Of a stretch of 64,000 bases of DNA, positions 60,001-64,000 are shown piece by piece. Both the position numbers and the translations under genes were made by a program. This DNA comes from Bugula neritina (lineage: Eukaryota; Animalia; Bryozoa): assembly GCA_964035545.1 (NCBI GenBank), contig OZ037769.1, positions 1,612,001 to 1,676,000 of the forward strand. The letters are read 5' to 3'. Numbering within the stretch: the first letter of the stretch is position 1; each line of letters begins with the position of its first letter. Under the pieces are notes generated by a model that saw only the letters and a program-made list of their open reading frames with translations, made no database searches and was not told the DNA's origin.

Positions 60001-60968
60001 GCTTTCTCTTGGGCGTCGGGACTCAGAGGAACCTGCCAATAGCCGCTTAGCAAGTCTAACGTACTGAAGTACTTGCTGCCGGCTAGGGCGTCCAATGACT
60101 CGTCAATACGAGGTAGAGGGTAGGCGTCCTGTATGGTTACGCTATTGAGTTTGCGATAGTCCACACAGAACCGCCAACTGCCGTCTTTCTTCCGGACCAG
60201 TACGACTGGCGAGCTCCACGCACTATGGGCGGGCTCTATCAGTCCCCGGTCCAGAAGATCCCGTACTTGTCGGCTAACCTCCTTCTCTTTCTCCGGCCCC
60301 AGCCTGCGTGTGGGCTGCCGGACAGGGACTGTCCCTGCAGTCAGCGGTATTTCGTGTCTGACAATTCCAGTCAGTCCCACGTCATGCTCTCCGCTGCTGA
60401 ACACATCACCGTAGTCGCGTAGTAACTTAGCCATAGCTTGGCGTTCTCTGTTACTCGCGCAGCCGCCACTGGCTGTTTCGTATAACTCCCGGAGGAGATG
60501 TGTTGGGACTGCCCCCCGTCCCTGAATAGGGCACTGAGGGGGTGCCTCCGTCGCATCACCCAGCGACGGGCCTACGTCTCCCTCCTGAACAGAGTGAAAA
60601 CGGCCCAGCATCGACCCAGCCGGGAGCTTGATAGGCTCGGTAAAGGGGTTGACACACTGCACTAAGATCTCCCCTTGCTCAGTCAGCTGATTCAGACTGC
60701 TGGCAAGTTGGATCTTTTCGTGCGCGCCTTCAACCACCCCGAGTCCAGAGATCCGGCTACTATTCACCCTGCAGTGAATGGTAGCCCGGGAGCGGCCTGG
60801 TATGATACGGTTGCGTACCACTTGCACACCTCCCACTAAAGGGCGGCCGAACTTGTCGACGCAGGCGAGTTCACGCCCGGACATCATCATTGCAGATCTG
60901 CTAAAATCTATGTGACATCCGTGCCGTTTAAGGAACGGCATCCCGAGGATAGCATCCTCCTTGAGCTG
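57012..60968 (-). CDS. pol: Pol (protease C-end, RT, RNase H, integrase)
   Basis: WRFCVDYRKLN, LPFGL, YLDD, TDASD, HHCC (H..AH..CEIC), VAVDLVGP/HSDQG/VERNNR, GPY module. Confidence 0.97.
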   Translation of the reverse strand, partial: QLKEDAILGMPFLKRHGCHIDFSRSAMMMSGRELACVDKFGRPLVGGVQVVRNRIIPGRSRATIHCRVNSSRISGLGVVEGAHEKIQLASSLNQLTEQGEILVQCVNPFTEPIKLPAGSMLGRFHSVQEGDVGPSLGDATEAPPQCPIQGRGAVPTHLLRELYETASGGCASNRERQAMAKLLRDYGDVFSSGEHDVGLTGIVRHEIPLTAGTVPVRQPTRRLGPEKEKEVSRQVRDLLDRGLIEPAHSAWSSPVVLVRKKDGSWRFCVDYRKLNSVTIQDAYPLPRIDESLDALAGSKYFSTLDLLSGYWQVPLSPDAQEKAAFITRDGLWKWKVLPFGLTSAPATFQRLMEQVLSGLHWKTLLVYLDDVIVISPDFETHVSRLQEVFERLRGAGLKLKPSKCALLQPEVKYLGHVVGRNGVATDPEKVRAVEDWVTPQDLTGLRAFLGLVGYYRQYIPDFAGIAQPLNRLTAKGVTWQWTPVEQEAFDRLKGCLLTAPILAYPDPTLEYILDTDASDQNAGAVLSQVQEGREVVVAYYSKSLSPAERNYCTTRKELLAVIKSVKHFRPYLYGRKFRLRTDHASLIWLCRRAEPSSQVARWLEILAEFSYRIEHRPGKRHSNADGLSRRPDGGCKQCLNIERRDGGPPRCELETLAHHGAPFDWDQGQLRQRVDESPEDVQNLRANPVLAGNVRELKKLQEELPGVVADIYRAKREGRRPSEERIRQGCAEFRLYCQRWDSLRIGQDGLLTISLAASGRHPERKRVVCPTAIRRELIWDTHKQAHAGVKRVMSKLRLRWYWPQMERDVRLRVKQCEICQASKHSRPPGEAGRRRLYAGRPWQVVAVDLVGPMPLTPRGNNWILVLTDHFTRWADALAIPDASAPTVARALDQHVFCYFGLPEQIHSDQGAQFQSQLMSDLCRLWGVNQSRTTPYHPQGNGVVERNNRMLGDALRSLLLGRGQEEWDTVLPQVMRAYRSTPHTSTGETPNLLMLGRETRVPDHLTYHVPEQDNSVHEYASELVERMTAAHDILRQQQWKVRHEDSDEPPLYQRGDKVWMVNYRRRRGQADKLKPKFVGPYVVVEAMPNHTYKIERSGQVSIQNESRLKPYWASPDGVGEAPPLLEPRRQTTTRGRRRHGPEYEVVIPREENLVREERQLLPTEACPPPPSLIPSLPETEPVPEVQTPTEGGAPSGEQEEVTANGEVETPLEAPTNEPASVSPPLERGQRTRQPPAYLKDFICDCVKSGVYESLGENRTRKVSSKCGSCQHHGNINFCIGGNRNKIHPPGAQSLNHAPQPRCSIFSYADAVRSRRVSKQ

Positions 60969-61582
60969 ACGATGAACGTCTCTTGGATCGTTTGATCACG
61001 GACTCGTCCCGTCAGCTCAATTATACCATAGAAGGGAAGGCACGACCCGTCAGCGAGGGTGCCGTATTCCCCTTCGTATGCTTCCATCTCGCCCCTGACC
61101 CTAGTACTGAGGGTGTCGAAGAGTTGGCGGCTTAAGAGGTTTGTGGTACAGCCCGAATCAATGAGGAAAGTAACAGCTTTGCCTTCCAGTTTACCGGGCA
61201 AGAAATAGCTGTTCCCATGGGGCTGCACCTGAACTCTCCCTTCAGGCCTTACTCTCGCAGGGAGTACCTCCCTCGCTTTGGGTCGCGAAGGAGGTCTCTT
61301 AGGGCGGTGGTAGGTAGGCCTCGGGGGTGCCGAGGCTAGATTCTCAGCTACCTTTGTGGGCTCCCATCCAGATTCTTGGACTTGTAGCCCTGTGAATCTG
61401 TTGTGAAGGGGCATAGAAAAGGCAGCTGCGGGGCGAAGCCCCTTGCTGGTCCGTCGTGGCTGTTGCCACTGTTGGTTGCCAGTACGCGGTACCCGTCTGG
61501 GTGACCTGCGTTTCTTCTTCCCTGGAGGTTTCATCGTCGGCCCGCGGAAGGTGGGAACATCTGCGGGCCGCGGTAGTTTAAC
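60908..61582 (-). CDS. Pol N-terminal segment with aspartic protease active site (-1 frame relative to gag)
   Basis: FLIDSGCTTN motif; frame leaves the pol frame at ~60965. Confidence 0.9.
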   Translation of the reverse strand, partial: VKLPRPADVPTFRGPTMKPPGKKKRRSPRRVPRTGNQQWQQPRRTSKGLRPAAAFSMPLHNRFTGLQVQESGWEPTKVAENLASAPPRPTYHRPKRPPSRPKAREVLPARVRPEGRVQVQPHGNSYFLPGKLEGKAVTFLIDSGCTTNLLSRQLFDTLSTRVRGEMEAYEGEYGTLADGSCLPFYGIIELTGRVRDQTIQETFIVSSRRMLSSGCRSLNGTDVT

Positions 61583-62484
61583 CCCTGATTTAGGAAGGGA
61601 CAATATCGGCGGAAATGTCCTTGATTTCCGCACTCCCAGCAAAAACTGACTGTTTCTCCCTGTGGCGGCGCCGATGGCCGCATGGGCTCAGGGGCGGTAC
61701 TCACTGGGTTTTGTGGTGTCAGTGTTGCTATCAGCTTGGCTAGCATGTCCGTCAGTTGAGTGACTTTTGATGCCGTCGCCAACTGGGACACGGCAGCCGC
61801 GGCGGGGGTTTCCTCCCCTTGTCCCGCGGCCGTGTCTGCGCGGTCTATCTCCACTTGGCGGGAGCTTCCGCGACTTTTATGCATTTGATTAGCTAGGAGG
61901 TAAGCTTCCCCCTCAGTCAGAGCATCTTCAACGGTGGTGACTCCCCTAGCTAGAAACTGGTGGTGGAGACCCAGATCGTCGACAGATGCTATGAAAGCGT
62001 CGAGGGTGTACCTCTCGCGGTTGACTGGGGGCAAGTCGCTGTACGCGATCTGTGCCAGCTTCATGACCGCGGCGGCATGCTCCCGCAGCGGGGTGCGGGG
62101 ATCACGCCGCAACCTCTGCACTCGGGCCCTGGCATCTGTAGCAGAGAGGCCAAAGCGGGCCCGCAGAGAAGCAAAGATATTATCAATGTCTACACCCAGC
62201 CCATAAGGCTTGGCTTTGTCCATCAATGCCATTCTAAGCTTCAGCAAGGCCACCCTAGGGGGCCACTGGGCGACGTCCATTACGTCGCTAAACTCTTGGA
62301 TAAATTGTTCCACCTCCTCTTCACCCGTGAAGGTGGGCGCCTTTAACCTGTAGCGGTCCTCAGCTAGTTCTCGCGGAACCCTTCGCTCTTCTACTACATG
62401 GTTAACAGGCGTTGTCTCTACAGCATTGTCTCTACGCTCACCTTCTATTGCCGGTGGTTGAGTTCCAGCATTCTCAGTCTCCAT
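61531..62484 (-). CDS. gag: Gag with CCHC zinc knuckle
   Basis: ATG just after the PBS; KAPTFTGEEEVEQF; CWECGNQGHFRRYC. Confidence 0.93.
   Translation of the reverse strand: METENAGTQPPAIEGERRDNAVETTPVNHVVEERRVPRELAEDRYRLKAPTFTGEEEVEQFIQEFSDVMDVAQWPPRVALLKLRMALMDKAKPYGLGVDIDNIFASLRARFGLSATDARARVQRLRRDPRTPLREHAAAVMKLAQIAYSDLPPVNRERYTLDAFIASVDDLGLHHQFLARGVTTVEDALTEGEAYLLANQMHKSRGSSRQVEIDRADTAAGQGEETPAAAAVSQLATASKVTQLTDMLAKLIATLTPQNPVSTAPEPMRPSAPPQGETVSFCWECGNQGHFRRYCPFLNQGLNYRGPQMFPPSAGRR
61538..61582 (-). other. Putative -1 ribosomal frameshift signal
   Basis: G_TTA_AAC in gag frame, 5-nt spacer, 8-bp GC stem CGGCCCGC/GCGGGCCG. Confidence 0.7.
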
Positions 62485-62496
62485 CTTGGATGCACT

Positions 62497-62514
62497 ATCC
62501 CACTGCTGCCACCA
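62497..62514 (-). promoter_or_regulatory. Primer-binding site, tRNA-Leu type
   Basis: TGGTGGCAGCAGTGGGAT one base inside the 5' LTR; complementary to a tRNA-Leu-like 3' end (..ATCCCACYGCTGCCACCA). Confidence 0.8.
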
Positions 62515-62515
62515 C

Positions 62516-62820
62516 TGTTATAATTTTCAGATTTAGGGTTGATGTGCTATCCAGAGAGTCTATTTATTTACTATAGAACTGCACCAGGATAAGTCGAGTG
62601 AACGAGTATATTTTACACACAATTATACATTATAAAAACGATACATTATTTCCAAACAAGTTACACATCTAATCTATTTCACACTCTAGCTTCGACTGAG
62701 TTAGCAGCGGGAAACTACAATTGCTGCTAACTATCAACTACGCTAATTGGCTATCCATTGTTCCGGGTCAATTACGCGACCCTACATGTTGTGCTGCTGG
62801 TAGTTCCACGAACCACCACA
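62516..62820 (-). repeat. 5' LTR (305 bp)
   Basis: TG..CA bounded and adjacent to the PBS. Confidence 0.97.
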
Positions 62821-64000
62821 ATACCACCAGACAAAATACAGGCAGTTTTGACTATCTGCTACCATTTGAAGATGAATCTCATCACATTGTAGTTACTTGA
62901 TTTACTTTAGACTTTAAAGTTTAGTCACTGTCAGTAATTACTTGACTCAGAGAGTATTTTAAGTTTAAGTCAACCAGACGACTGCTACATTGTTACTTGT
63001 ATGAACGCAAAAATAACTAGAAAAGGCCTATACCAGTATTATTTTCATTTATAATAAATTTAAACTACAATTATATTAACGCTAACAGTAACAATCAATG
63101 AATAATATAAGCGGTTATCATTAACTTCAAGTCGATCACTGTCACAGTATCAGTATTTCAATTTGTCCAAGTGATAACAACTTAAATTATAATCATCAAG
63201 TGATAATCGACATCGTATTACTTACAGTTACTACTTAGTAAATGCAACACTTATAGTTATACTAATAGTAAATGCAATAGTTATACTTATAGTATTACTA
63301 ATAGTAAAGTAATACTAATACCAATAGTAATGGCAAATTTATTACTTAAAAAAAACTTTTAATTTTACTTTAACTTAAAGTTTTAGTTCAACTTCAAGTT
63401 TAACTTTATGGCGGATACTTAGTGTCATAATATACTAATGAATCTAGGGCCAATAGTAATAGCAACACTAGATATATTATGAATGGCAACAATACTGCGA
63501 CAACGAGAGTAGTAATACTATTAAGAGTAGAACTTTATAAACTTTGCTGTTATTAGAGAAGATTATAGTACTAGTAGTCAATCCAACGTGATACTTATTG
63601 ACTATAATAATGATCGGTGTTCCCGCTCCCGCAATAGCTTGCTAATAATTCCTTTGCATTAAAAGAGCTTTAGTAATATAATTTTAGTTAGCGCCCTGTT
63701 TAACATCGACTTTTATACAAACTGTACAACATAGCCATTATTGCTACTACAGCATCCAAATTTCTTTTCACCAAAAGAAGTGAAAATGTTGAGTTTTTTC
63801 TTATATATTTAGAAAGCAGTGTGTGTATTTCAAAGTTGAGACATTGTTTAGATTTATTAACATTGAGTGATAAGCAATGAAACACAACAGACTCAAAGCA
63901 ATAAACTACTTCATACACAAATGGGTTTTCAACAACTACAACAAACAGTTGGGGTTGAATGTAATTTTACTTAGTCAAATTACATCAGCAATAAACAAAA

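Larger units (their letters stand above)
55324..62820 (-). mobile_element. Full-length Ty3/gypsy LTR retrotransposon (7497 bp)
   Basis: TG..CA LTRs at both ends, ATAC duplicated at 55320-55323 and 62821-62824, PBS, PPT, gag then PR-RT-RH-IN order. Confidence 0.97.

Noticed and set aside
57178-62346. Plus-strand ORFs antisense to gag/pol
   Set aside because: Expected shadow ORFs of GC-rich coding sequence; no motifs.

Overview
AT-rich, intron-containing metazoan (probably invertebrate) genomic DNA; no prokaryotic features. In order: (1) 3' part of an ARM-repeat gene on + resembling the C-terminal half of STKLD1 (~587-5183); (2) five ABHD11/YbfF-like alpha/beta-hydrolase loci on -: one canonical copy (6022-8632) plus a recent ~5.4-kb tandem array (~11950-31690) with three intact derived copies (HCLCGS/GSSMGA active-site motifs) and one 5'-deleted probable pseudogene; (3) a copine gene on + (34114-42143) with two 104-nt tandem exons that look mutually exclusive; (4) a PTB-like-domain gene on + (~43664-50419); (5) RPA2 on - (51198-54975); (6) a full-length Ty3/gypsy LTR retrotransposon on - (55324-62820), ~350 bp upstream of the RPA2 ATG, with apparently identical 305-bp LTRs, ATAC target-site duplication, tRNA-Leu-type PBS, a -1 gag/pol frameshift signal, a frameshift lesion inside protease, and an extra zinc-finger/coiled-coil ORF in the env position. 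Many introns carry minisatellites; one Harbinger-type MITE. Exon models were built by eye from GT-AG sites and reading frame; family names come from recalled motifs, not database searches.
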